The notes below the pieces were generated by a model. That model worked only from the letters and a program-made list of their open reading frames with translations, was not told the origin of the DNA and searched no databases. The translations under genes and the position numbers were made by a program. A stretch of DNA of 64,000 nt from Carcharhinus amblyrhynchos (lineage: Eukaryota): the NCBI GenBank assembly GCA_965287045.1, contig OZ336889.1:41912001-41976000 (forward strand). Direction: 5' to 3'. Shown here piece by piece: positions 1-11,489 of the stretch (position 1 is its first letter; every line of letters begins with the position of its first letter).

Positions 1-743
1 ATTTTTTGGCAAAGTGTGTACTTGGGCAGGAAAAGTGGTGTGTAGCTCATTGGCTGCACTGCAGAATTTTCCCACCATATTTTTAAACACTTCGCCAAAA
101 AATAAACTAGGGAGCGGACTCTAAATGAGCCCAACCCACCAACCTCAGCAAGTCTCAAAGGATCCAGGTGCTCTATTTAAAGAATGCTGTGATGTAAAAA
201 TGATTGAAGTAGAAATTGTGCATATATGTACATGCACAAAAGCCGTTCTGGGACACCCCCACTTGGTTGTCTGCCTCCACCTGCTGAAAACAGGGACAGA
301 AAGTTCCACTTAGGACTTTTACTGTTTCTTTGCCAATCCCATTCAACATTCTACTCGTTTTTTAGTAAGAGCTACTAATTAGCAGCAATGTCTATGAATT
401 CTATGACATATTCCCTACAAAATCCTAATTTAGACCTGGTTTAAATCCAGCAGGTGGAAATACAAGTCAGTCTTGTTCACTCAACAAACATACTTGTCTC
501 AATCTCCTTCTCCCTTTGTTTTCTTCTGCCTTAATAGTTTGATTGCCAGGTTTCTTTCCTGCCAGGTCTAACCATACACAGATTAGAAGCTACCTTCTGT
601 ACAATCACCATTTTAGAGAAAGCAAAGTGAGAGGATAGTACATTAATTAGTTGAGTCTGGCAACATTATCATAGGCTACTGTCAATTTAATTAACTCTAT
701 ATTTATGCATTTATTGTACAGACTTTGACATTCCAACACTCAC

Positions 744-853
744 ATGCTTCTCTGAGTGAAGATGCTGCTATTTGCTGCAAGTTTATTTGCCTCAGAGAGC
801 TCTGCTACCCTCTGTTCTAGTGACTTTATCTTGGAATCCATGGCATTGATAGT
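744..853 (-). CDS. CIT: CIT exon ([36 protein letters not shown]), 110 nt
   Basis: Acceptor ttcag|ACT, donor AT|gtgagt; phase 0-2. Confidence 0.95.
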
Positions 854-1072
854 CTGAAATATAAAGTCAGATTAAGACTGGAATCGGACAACAAAGAGCA
901 AGAAGACAGAAGGACAAAAGTCTAAACAAGAGAAAACATTCTATTTTGAGAATCACAGCCCATTTTGAGAACCAGCCACAGTGATAAAAGCCATGATTAG
1001 CTTTTTGCGTTTGTCAGAGTTAAATATTTTCAGCCACACTGCGCCACGTTTTAAAGTTAATTTCTCACATAC

Positions 1073-1189
1073 CGCTTTCTGATCATCTATCAGTTTGCAC
1101 TTTTTACGCGAGTCCTCCTCATGTCGGAGGCGAGAATCTTCTAAAGACTCTTTATTTGCAATGCCCATCTTCACCTGAGCTTCCATAAC
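1073..1189 (-). CDS. CIT: CIT exon (VMEAQVKMGIANKESLEDSRLRHEEDSRKKCKLIDDQKA), 117 nt
   Basis: Acceptor cccag|GTT, donor GCG|gtatgt; phase 0-0; inside ORF 953..1210. Confidence 0.93.
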
Positions 1190-1396
1190 CTGGGAAAGAG
1201 TACAACACAAATAAGAACAGAAGATGGACTCCCTTTTATAAATAATGACAAACAGCCTTGTTCAGAAGTCATGAGGAGAAAAACTTGAGATTCATTTTGT
1301 ACCACTCTGTTTTATTTTTCCTCCCAATCCATTTTCGTCATTCAAATTAAAGAACCTAAAAGACACCACTGGTGGCTGTTTTCAGCTAAGACGCCT

Positions 1397-1747
1397 TTTG
1401 TTTTATTCATTAGTAGGACATGGGCATCACTGGCTGGCTATCATTTATTGTCCATTCCAAGTTGTCCTTGGCCAAAGGGCAGTTGAGAGTCAACCACATT
1501 GCTATGGATCTGGAGTCACATGTAGGCTAAGGACAATAAGGATGGCAGATTTCCTTCCCTAATGGACATTAGTGAACCAGATGGGTTTTTCGATAGTCAA
1601 CAATGGTTTTGTGGTCATCAGTAGATTTTTAATAAAAAAATCAATTCCACCAACTGCTGTGGCAGGATTCGAACCTGGGTCCCCAGAACATTAGCTAAGT
1701 CTCTGGATTAATAGTTTAGCGATAGTACCACTAGGCCATTGTCTCCC
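1397..1747 (-). mobile_element. tRNA-derived SINE (second family)
   Basis: Minus strand starts with ATGGCCTAGTGG (A box) and later has GGTTCGAATCC (B box). Its 3' end (AATAAATGATAGCCAGCCAGTGATGCCCATGTCC) resembles the GGGCAATAAATGCTGGCC tail of a LINE family seen repeatedly in the window. Confidence 0.7.
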
Positions 1748-1935
1748 TATCTAGATTGCTCTAGATTTAAGATTAGTTGATATATTGAGTGAAAGAAAAG
1801 ATACTGAAGGTGATTGGCATAAATTGCACAGCTTTTGCTGTTCACACAAAGCCACCGTGCCAGTGAGAACAATACAAGATATTTGTTGTTCTTGTTATAG
1901 AATCAGATTTCCATTATTCATTTTCTGCCTCTTAC

Positions 1936-2031
1936 CTTCATTTTATCTTCATAGAGCTGTTCTTTCTGTCGGAGATTGGTTTCCATACGTTGTGCTGTTG
2001 CCTGGGCTTCACACCAGCTCTCCTCCAATTC
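1936..2031 (-). CDS. CIT: CIT exon (ELEESWCEAQATAQRMETNLRQKEQLYEDKMK), 96 nt
   Basis: Acceptor cacag|GAA, donor AAG|gtaaga; phase 0-0. Confidence 0.94.
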
Positions 2032-3500
2032 CTGTGTTAGAAAAAGCAGCATCATTGTAAACAACAGAATAAACATATTCCTTTGTTCATGTGATGATTT
2101 CTACAGGTAGGAATATCCATATCACAATCTTTATGGAATTAAAACCTAGCTATTATCCGAGCCTTGTGTAAATAAGCATCAGACATCAAATATTTTCAGA
2201 ACACAATTGTCTTGTAGTCCTTATGTAGTGTCAAAGTCAATAAATGACCCAGTAGACTTAAGTCTCCCCAGGCAACTCACACACTAAAATATTGGGTAAC
2301 GTACACCCCTCAAGCACACCAACACAGCATTAGCCGCCTTTATCTATTCAATATAGGATGGCACTACACTGGATACTGAAACATATCAAATCAAAAGACC
2401 ACAGCAAGATTGGTTAAAACCATGACCTTAACCGCAAGGGGATATCCCAAGACTGGGTCAGGGTAGAGGATGGAAAAGCACATTGCTGCAATAAAGAGAA
2501 TCCATAGATTGAAATGGATGAAGAAGCTGGTGACAGAGCACAGGAAGCTGTTTATCTATAATAATACTAGAGTAAACAAGCGTATAACAGACTCTAACTT
2601 CTTCTTCAGCATTCACTGTGACCATTTGTCCATTTTCCTACTTCCCAAAGGCCTAAAATCCCTTGATTCACGAACCTGTCCCATTCCTTTTTGGTGTTCT
2701 AAATGACCACACTGCTTGGTAGACTGTTCCACAAGTTAATTCTATGAGCCAAGTTGCACAGTTCATTTAGGACATTAATTATTTTCTTCATAAAATACAT
2801 TTCTTCATTCACCACAGCCCCACCTAAATTTACCTCTCCTGGTTTGCACAGATTGAGTCTCCACATCCACACAAATTATTTTTGCTTATCCTATCACCCC
2901 AACATATTTTGATAGTTTTCCAATGAGAATGGGGTGTGGGCAAGTGCGAGAGTGAGAGTGTGAGGAGTATGTGCAGCATTGATGCAGGACAAGATTTTAC
3001 AGCAATCACAGTGACCCCTAATATAGCACACTCAGCTGTCCTCCATATTAAAGTGCTAGACAGCAGAATCAAAAGACTGACACAAAGCCAATAGTGCACT
3101 GAACAGCACATGTCACCATTGCATTAAGCAGCATTTCAGTCTCAAGCAGCACACCAGCACTAGTTCAGGGAAACCAATTCAATGTTATTGCTCCCCACTC
3201 TCTAACTTTGTTCTGTGAAGTTACAGGTGGAAAGAAAAAGATAAAGAATTAATATCAGACCACTCTCACATGACATGCTCATTGTTGGCATGAATAACAC
3301 CTTGGTAAAACTGTTAATAGATCACCTACCAATTCTGCTAGGGTAGGAGGATTTTCCGGTAAAAGTAAAACAACTGGGAAGGGGGTACCGTTGGGCTGGA
3401 GAGATATTACAACGTAATATCTTCACATTATCTTCCAACAGGTACTTTTTCTCTTGCACTGCTGGCATTATTATCTTCACTGTTAACTTCTTATACATAC

Positions 3501-3626
3501 CAGGATTTTCTGAGCCATTTGCTGGATTTGCTGAGATTTTGTCTGCAAATCCTCCTTCAGCTTGTTTTCTCTGCGTTCTACCATCTCCAGCCGCTTCACT
3601 TGGTTCTCCAGAGACTTGCGACGTTC
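3501..3626 (-). CDS. CIT: CIT exon ([42 protein letters not shown]), 126 nt
   Basis: Acceptor tgtag|GAA, donor CTG|gtatgt; phase 0-0, so it can be skipped in frame. Confidence 0.95.
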
Positions 3627-4424
3627 CTACAATTACCAGCACGTCAGAAATTTCTACTGCATCAGCAGTGACAGTTACACAGGGTATTAACACACTACTA
3701 ACCAACTTACTGTGACAATAGACCATTGGCCAGACATTTTATCCACATTACAAAACTTTGCCTTAAATGCATTTGAAGATAGCAGAAATGAATTAGTAAA
3801 TGCTAAGTAATGTTAATACTGTAAACTAAGGAAGTACTAGGTGTCAGAGGAAGAGGGACTAGAGAGAGGACAGAAGAGGGGGAAAATTTGTAGCAAACAA
3901 CATTAAAGTGAATCGTACAAATATACAAATTTGGAGTAGGCTACTCAGCCGGCCTCTTGAGTCTACTTCGTCATTCAAACGATCATGGATAATCTGATTG
4001 CAAATTCACTAGATTGTACTTTCTCTGGAAAACAGATATGTTGACACTACTTTATGAAGGATGTTAACGTGAAACAATGTTAAAATGAGTCACATTTAAG
4101 CAGAGGATTGTGGGAAATGTTATTGGTCCGGACGATAATAAATTCAAAGCCTTTTGAGATGAAGAGTTAGAATATAGGGTACTTTACAAAAACAGAGGGA
4201 TTAGAGTGAGTAAAAGGGCCAGGGTTATAACAGGATTTTGAAATACCTTAAGCGAGGAAACCATTTATACTGTCAGTTAGCACGGTGGGGGGGCAAGGAG
4301 GGAATTTGGGTGTTCTACAATTTAGCTGGAATGGGATCAAGGAAATAATAAAGTGGGTTTCATGATCATGATGTGCTTAGAACAGTTATAAGAAGGTAAA
4401 GAAGAGATATCAGAATGGGCCCAT

Positions 4425-4582
4425 CTTGTACTAAGTTGATCTTTCTCTAAACCTTAGCGATGGCTGTAACACTACATTCTGCACTCCTCCTCTCTGAACA
4501 GTATGCTTTGTCTGCATAGTGTGCAGGAAACAATACTTTTCACTGTATACCAATACATGTGACAATAATAAATCAGATCAAA
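4425..4582 (+). mobile_element. Rex/Babar-like LINE 3' UTR fragment
   Basis: Same 3' UTR (ctgtaacactacattctgcac...catgtgacaataataaatca) as the copies at 15735-16640, 28390-28755 and 63540-63945. Confidence 0.7.
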
Positions 4583-4967
4583 ACAACAGAAAGAAATGGA
4601 TTCAGGAGTAGGTCACATGAAGCTGGGAAGTAGGTCCAACTTGGTAGGCCTGGTGAAATTTGGCAGAACAATAGAGGATCAAAAATCTGTGACGATCATG
4701 GATTGTTGAATGCATTTGACGTAGCTTAGGTTCTTGATGCGAAAATTCCTGCCATTTGTGCCATTTGTGAAATAAGGGGAGGCCATAAAATGCTCTGGGG
4801 TAGCTAGCAGTTTGCTCTTGGCCAAGCGCTTTTTTCTTATTTATTAAATTAACAAAGAAGTTATGATGGGCACCAGAGTGTTTTTGTCAGTAGGGTCACT
4901 GCTGTGAGCCAATTTGAGATTATATTGCATTGACAAACTATGTTTAGTAATTGAATCTCTAATGTAC

Positions 4968-5108
4968 CTCTGACTCCACCAGTTTCTTCCTGATACTTTC
5001 ACCAGAGTTCTCACGGCCCTGTAGTTTCTCAAGATCTCTCTCTGCACGTTCTTTAGCCTGACGCACATTCTGCAGGAGATCTGTGGCTTCAGAGCTTGCT
5101 TTCACTGC
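4968..5108 (-). CDS. CIT: CIT exon ([47 protein letters not shown]), 141 nt
   Basis: Acceptor ttcag|GCA, donor GAG|gtacat; phase 0-0. Confidence 0.95.
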
Positions 5109-6518
5109 CTGAAATAGTCATAGCACAAAATTATGCAAGAGGTCAGTTCAGAATTAATTTTTTATATTTAAGCCTAGTAGGTCTCCTGACAGAAAAGGGC
5201 TATCCCAAACAGTCAGAATATATATATTTTTTCAGCGACTAAATTAGGTTATCTGATCTTAACTAATTCTTATTTGAATCTATTGTTTGTTTTTTTGTTG
5301 AGCATGTGTAATGGTTGCTTCCTGTGTTTATTATCAAAGTAAGATCTGATCGATGTCTTCTAACAAAGTGACTGTAATGGTATTTAATGAATTATCACAC
5401 CAGATAGTGAGGATGGACCAATCAGGAAACTTCTACAATATGGAGGAAATATAGCTCAATTGTTTCAGTCATTGCATTGAGACAAATGGAAGGATAAACT
5501 TGCAGTTATATTTCGCCTTTCACAATCTTTGCATAGTTCAAGAAAGTAACTTTGAAGTGTCGTCACTGACGCAATGTAGGAAACACAGCAGCTGATATGC
5601 ACACAAATCCAACAAGGAAAATAAGATAAATGATCAATTAAAATGTTTTAAAGGTGCTGGTTAAGGAATAAATGTTGATCAGGATGACAGGAGAATTGCC
5701 CTGTTCCCATAATGTCATGGGATCTTTTATGTCCTGTCTGAAGTTCCTGATGCCATTAACTCCAAAATACGTACATTGAAGTTAATGATATAATACCTTG
5801 CTGTCAAGAGTAAAAACTAGTCGATTCTTGCACTCTATTCAAACTAGTAACCAAAAGGATTGAATGGCAGCATTGCTGATTGCAGAGTTAGACACATTAG
5901 GAATAAAATGCATGTGAGGCTTAAAGCACTTTTCAATCGTCATTTTGTTTTTCTACCTTGTTTGGTTATGGTATTTAATTCCGTGACTTACGCATTTACA
6001 CCAATGATTTGTTGTAACAGGTTCAGACAGTAGACCATTGAACAGATGTTCAATGTTTTTACACCATGTGGTGTAATGGAATTAGATGGCCCTTTAGCTC
6101 ATTTAACCTCATCTTTCCTGAGTACTGCCTTCCCAGTGCAGCAACCCTTCTTCTTAATTAATCCTGTGTCCTGCCCTCAACCATTCCTCCTATCCATTGA
6201 TCATCCTATAAAAATACTTCCAGATATCAGTGAGCACAAATTTCAGCATGCTCCATTTTTTTTTTATTGTCAACCAATTCTATTTCAGTATATTGAGTGG
6301 TGAGTCTACTAGCCCCCAGGCCATCATTATACCAACCCCTACTGAGGTTGAACCGATCCAGTATTCCAGGCACTGGATCTGTGGAAGTTCCATCCGCCTG
6401 AAGAAAATTGCATATTGATAGACAAGGTAACAATTTACATCCTTCCAATGAAAATTACCACCATTAAAATCAATATTGCTTCCTTCCCCAGGGAATTGTT
6501 GCCATTAAACTGTATTAC

Positions 6519-6572
6519 CTTAGTGAGTTTTTCCTGCAGTTCCTGTATTTTCTTTTGCTGTTCTGCATTCAT
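6519..6572 (-). CDS. CIT: CIT small exon (MNAEQQKKIQELQEKLTK), 54 nt
   Basis: Acceptor tttag|ATG, donor AAG|gtaata; resembles mammalian INAEQQLKIQELQEKLEK (recalled). Confidence 0.93.
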
Positions 6573-7435
6573 CTAAAAGACAAACAATTGGCCATAAATA
6601 CTATGGACAGAAATGATCAAAAATACATTTGTGTTTTCACAACTTTTTCCAATATCTCGGAGCTTAACTTTACACATATTACTTCTGTGCAGTTTATCCA
6701 CTCCACATTGCGGATAGCAATGCTTATAATGGTCTAATTCCAGGTTACAAGCTGTTTCACTTTTAGTTTCCTCAAACCATTTTGCCAAGTTTGAAACTGG
6801 ACAAAACTTTCTTTTTTCTGACAAAGCACTGAATGAACTTAATTGCTGACTATCCATCCTCAAAAAACACTTGCCCTCAGCTTCAACAACACAACACATT
6901 GAAAGATCAGACTGTAGGTTTAAATATTAATATTCAATATATTAAATAACCTTTCATTGCCCTGAAATAGTTTGCAGTCAGGTCCATTTCACATTAATCA
7001 GACTCCTTTTCATAATATTAATGTAGATGTCTTCCTAATTTCTGGATTTTATTTTGCAAATACATTATTTTTCCCTCACCCTTAGTTCTATACCAATTGT
7101 CTCTATCTACTACATAGATTTTATGTTTATATACACTCTTACACAAGCATACATCTTTCTCCCATAGATCTCTCTCTCGTTCCAGCCTTGCTCTTGCAGA
7201 CTCAATTCTAGAACAGCTTAATTTAGTTGATTGCTCGAAATTAATCCAAATTCAACCAGTCAATGCAATCCTATTAGGAGCACCTCTAATACAGAACTAC
7301 CATCTTCAGAATAAGTAGTCTCTTGTAATGAATAGTAAATTATTTAAACTACTCTGCCAGTTACTCTCAAGCTAGGGGTTAGCCAAACAATGCACTTAAA
7401 TTACACTTCCATTAGTGAAGTTAAAAGTTAAAAAC

Positions 7436-7489
7436 CTTTTCCAGTTTGGCGTACACCTCTCCGACTTCAGCTTTCCCCTGGTCTCTGGT
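7436..7489 (-). CDS. CIT: CIT small exon (TRDQGKAEVGEVYAKLEK), 54 nt
   Basis: Acceptor cacag|ACC, donor AAG|gttttt; resembles mammalian AKDQGKPEVGEYAKLEK (recalled). Confidence 0.9.
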
Positions 7490-8112
7490 CTGTGAATGGA
7501 AGATCAGTCTTGATGTCAGTGACTTGGATCAAATCAGGGCATGGACTCTGTGCCCCCTCACACACAAACACATTGTGCTGCACCCATTCTTAACATTAGA
7601 GTAGAATCTGCTCCAGAAAGATCAATAATAGCAACATTACACAAAATGTAATATTCATTGCTGGACTGTCAAGACAAACTAAGTAGCCAAAATTGGGAGC
7701 AAAGTAGAGTCAGTGACAAGCAGCCTTCAGTATCTTCAAGGGTGCATTTGAGAATATTGGAAAGATCTTTCATAAACAGAATGATTTCACCTTCACACAA
7801 ATCTGTCATCTGTCATAATGAATGCTTCATTGACTAGTGTGGTTACGATATCCCACCCAGTCAGAATGAGAAGCATGAAAATCTCGTGTCTAGGTTTCAA
7901 CTAGGAACATGGATAATTCCAACTCGAACGTGACCATCAAATGGTTATGTCAAAGTACATTCTGTCATTGTGACAATCCCCTCCATTTCTGACAAGTTCG
8001 TGACCTCACCACATCCCAGCTTCCTTGGTGCGCAAACTTCCATTTTATCCCCTCAACACTCTTCCATGCCGTCTCCCTCCCACCCACTGTTGGGGCAGGT
8101 ACTCAGACCAAC

Positions 8113-8283
8113 CTTCTGTAGTTTCTGCTGAGATTCAGCTGCTTTCCGTCTATATTCATCTGCCGTAATTCTAGTATCTCTTAATTCTGACTCATAGAGG
8201 TCAGCCCGTCGGCGGGCAGCAGCAAGATCCTCCTCCAATTGGCGTACAGTCACTTCCATCTCCTCCATTTGAGCATGGAATTC
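8113..8283 (-). CDS. CIT: CIT exon ([36 protein letters not shown]...QQKLQK), 171 nt
   Basis: Acceptor acag|GAA, donor AAG|gttggt; phase 0-0. Confidence 0.96.
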
Positions 8284-9839
8284 CTGTTTAAAAAATGGGA
8301 GGAGAGAACAAGGTCCATTATGTGGGTGTGGGAAGGAGCAAAGCATTCTCAAGCTTTGATAACATGTTAAAGAGCTCAGAATCAAACTAAATAAATAACA
8401 ATTACACTTGCCCCTTTATAAGGGGGGGGGGGGCAGGGCAAAACTTCATCTTGAAAACAAAATACTGCAAATGTTATAAATCTGAAATAAAACCAGAAAA
8501 TAGTTCGCAGATCTGTCAGCATCTGCACAGGCAGAAACAAGTTAACATTTCAGCTCTGGGAGCTCTAATCAAAAGGTCAAAATGGATTACTTTAAATTGG
8601 TTGTTTCTGTACAGTAGCAGGAAAGACCACCTGCAAGTTCCCCTCCAAACCACCCATCTTCCAGACTTAGAAATAAATCACCATTCCTTCATGTCACGAA
8701 GTCTAAATCCTAGAACTCCCTTTCTAATAATATTGTAAGTGTACAAAACCTATACCACTTGGACTGCAGCAGTTCAAGAAGGCAGCTCACCACCATCTTT
8801 CATGGGCAATAAATGCTGGTCTAAGCCATGAATGTTAAAAAAAAACACTAGTTGCAAGAATAGATAATAGCCCAAGCCAAGTATCCAAAGAGGAACAAGC
8901 CTAGGACATGGCTTACATCTTAATGTGAATAATCAACACACCCCAAAGCAAACCAGCCAGAATAACCCCACCTTTCTGGGAATAATATTTTGTTGAGGTT
9001 TGCAATTTTCATCTTGGAGTCTGCTTTTTAATGTTACATGTGAATTAGTGGATGTTTATGTTGACTGTTTTGTAGTTCCAAGTTCAGCATCTCCTTGTTA
9101 AACGTACGCCCAATTCAAAAGAGCATCATTTCTAAACCAGAAGTTTTTAACAGAGTGGAACAGCTCATTCATTGATCAGCTATGCCAGAGTCAAGAAGTC
9201 CAACATTATTATATTGATTCTGCTAGACTGAGGGAATCAACGAGGCTTTAAAGCACTTGGCAGCAGAAATAGCCTTTCCTGTTCTCCTCACTTCCTTAAT
9301 TTCACTTCTATAGTCATTAAATTTTAAACAAACTTCATGATGCCAATATGTGTATTTATAAACCAACTGGATTCAGAGACCATCCACGCTAATACTTCAT
9401 ACTGAGACAGAGTAATGCAGTTTGATGTGGAGGGGTGAAGAGTTGGTTCAAATAGTTCTAGATTTGCCTGTAAGAGTTCAAAGATGACAGCAACATCGGG
9501 TAGAGAAGCTTACCCATCGAAACACGATAGTGCATAACAGTGACAGCAATTAGAATGAAAGGAGAGGCAGGAGAGCGAGCCAGTGCTGGGGATGAACTTG
9601 TGACAGAGCATGCTGAGAGCTCTCTAATGAGAGGAGCAGCAGCAAATAAAGGCAGATCTGGGAATGGACACGTGGGAGAACAAGGCACAGAATATACTGA
9701 AGTGAGACATAGATTGAGTGAGGAATTGGTGATTTCCTTCAGAGGGAATTTCTGGGAAGCTTTTCTGAGCTTTAAATTTGTATTAAGGGTTAGACTCATA
9801 TTTTCAAACATTGTTAGTTGAATAGCCTAGTGAAACAGG

Positions 9840-10520
9840 GTGCTGCCCAAAGTGGCATTCATCAATGATCTGGAAGTACTTGCCCTCAATTGGAGTTAAG
9901 TTGGTGGTGAGTTGCCTTCTTGGATCAAAGCAATCCATGTGGTGTAAGTACATCTACAGTACTGCTAAGGAGGGAGTTCTAGGATTTTTGCCTAGTGACA
10001 GTAAAGAAATTTCGATAGAGTTCCAAGTCTGGTAGTGGGGGTCTTGGAGGGGAGTGCTCCCATGTGCCTGCTGCCCTTGTCCATCGAGATGGTAGTGCTT
10101 GTGGTCTTGGAAGATACTGTCAAAGGAGTCTTGTTGAGTTCTTGCAGTATATTACATAGATGGTACACACTGTTGATCAATAGTGGAGTGCGTGAACGTT
10201 TCTGGATGGAGTGCCAATCAAGTGGGTTGTTTTGTCCTGGATAGTGTCACGGTTCTTTAGTGTTGTTGGTGCTGCACTCATCCAGGCAAGCGGAGAGTGT
10301 TCCGTCACACTACTGACACATTGTAGACAGTAGTTAGACTTTGGGGATATCAGTTACTCACTGCAGTACCCATAGCTTCTGATCTGTTACTGTGGCCACG
10401 ATTTTATATGGCTAGTCCAGCTCAGTTTCAGCTCAATAGTAACCTCCAGGATGTTGATAGTGGGGGTTCAATGATGGCAATGCCAGTGAAAGTCAAGGGA
10501 TAGTGGTTACAGGCTACTAA
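9840..10520 (-). mobile_element. Decayed CR1-group LINE fragment (family with GGGCAATAAATGCTGGCC tail)
   Basis: Reverse-complement similarity to the copies at 12950-13710, 36760-37330 and 56650-57400. Confidence 0.6.
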
Positions 10521-10529
10521 TAAGTATGT

Positions 10530-11480
10530 CCATATTTCAGTGGGTTGAGAGCAAGTCTGTCCCAGGTAAAAAAAGTCAGCACACAGATTTTTTAGAACAG
10601 TAAATCGTAGATGAGGTAACAGAGGGTTGATCAGGAAAATGCAGCTCATGTGGCGTATATGAACTTCCAAAAGACATCAGATAAGGAGCCTGATTATCAG
10701 CAAAGTTGAGAGCCATGGCAAACAAGGAACAGTAGCAGCATGGATACAAAGTTTCCTAAGCGCAACTTTCGGAAGGATGCGAAGACATTAAAGCAGATTC
10801 AGGAAAGGTTTGAGAAAATGGTTTCAGTAAAGAGGGACTTCAGTTACATGAGTAGACTGGAGAAGTTGGGGCTGTCCTCCATAGAAAGGGAAGGCTGAGA
10901 AAAGATTTAATAAAAGCATTAAAATCATGAGCAGTGCTGAAAGAGTAGATTGAGAGAAACTATTGCCTGTGGCAGATGGGTCAAGATGTGGATATGCTGG
11001 CGTTGGACTGGGGTAAACACAGTAAAGTCTGACAACACCAGGTTTAAGTCCATCCGATTTATTTGATAGTAAACTCACAAGCTTTCGGGGTTTGTCCCTT
11101 CGTCAGGTGACGAAGGGACAAACCCCAAAAGCTTGTGAGTTTACTATCAAATAAATCGATTGGACTTAAACCTGGTGTTGTCAGACTTTTTACTGCAGAT
11201 GGGTCAAGACCAAAGAGACCCAGGTTTTAGGTATTTGGCAAAAGCAGCAAAAGTAACACGAAAACCTTTTATGCAGTAAGTGGTTAGAATCTGGAATTCA
11301 CTGCAGAAGTTGGTGAAGGCATATTCTATTCCAGCTCTCGAAATGGAATTGGATACGCATCATAAGATAAATAGATAGCTCAGGGTTATGGGGAAGTGCA
11401 GAAGATGAGACTTGCCAAATTGTGATTACAGGTAGGCAGATGGGCAGTGTTTGATGCACTGAATGGCCTCCTTCTGTACT
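10530..11480 (+). mobile_element. Decayed CR1 LINE 3' fragment interrupted by a Penelope hairpin
   Basis: Degenerate RT C-terminal and 3' UTR sequence resembling the young CR1 at 46091-47383. Confidence 0.65.
10987..11194. mobile_element. Penelope-derived fold-back mini-element with hammerhead ribozyme core
   Basis: 15-bp TSD GCAGATGGGTCAAGA (10972-10986 and 11195-11209). Inverted arms 11020-11105 and 11108-11195. Terminus homologous to the Penelope end at 58179. Minus strand reads TCAC-CTGACGA-AGGGACAAACCCC-GAAA-GCTT-GTGA. Confidence 0.88.
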
Positions 11481-11489
11481 TCTCAACCA

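Noticed and set aside
3322-5068. ORF-track proteins 3322..3726 and 4844..5068 as separate genes
   Set aside because: They are wrong-frame readings over true CIT exons 3501-3626 and 4968-5108.
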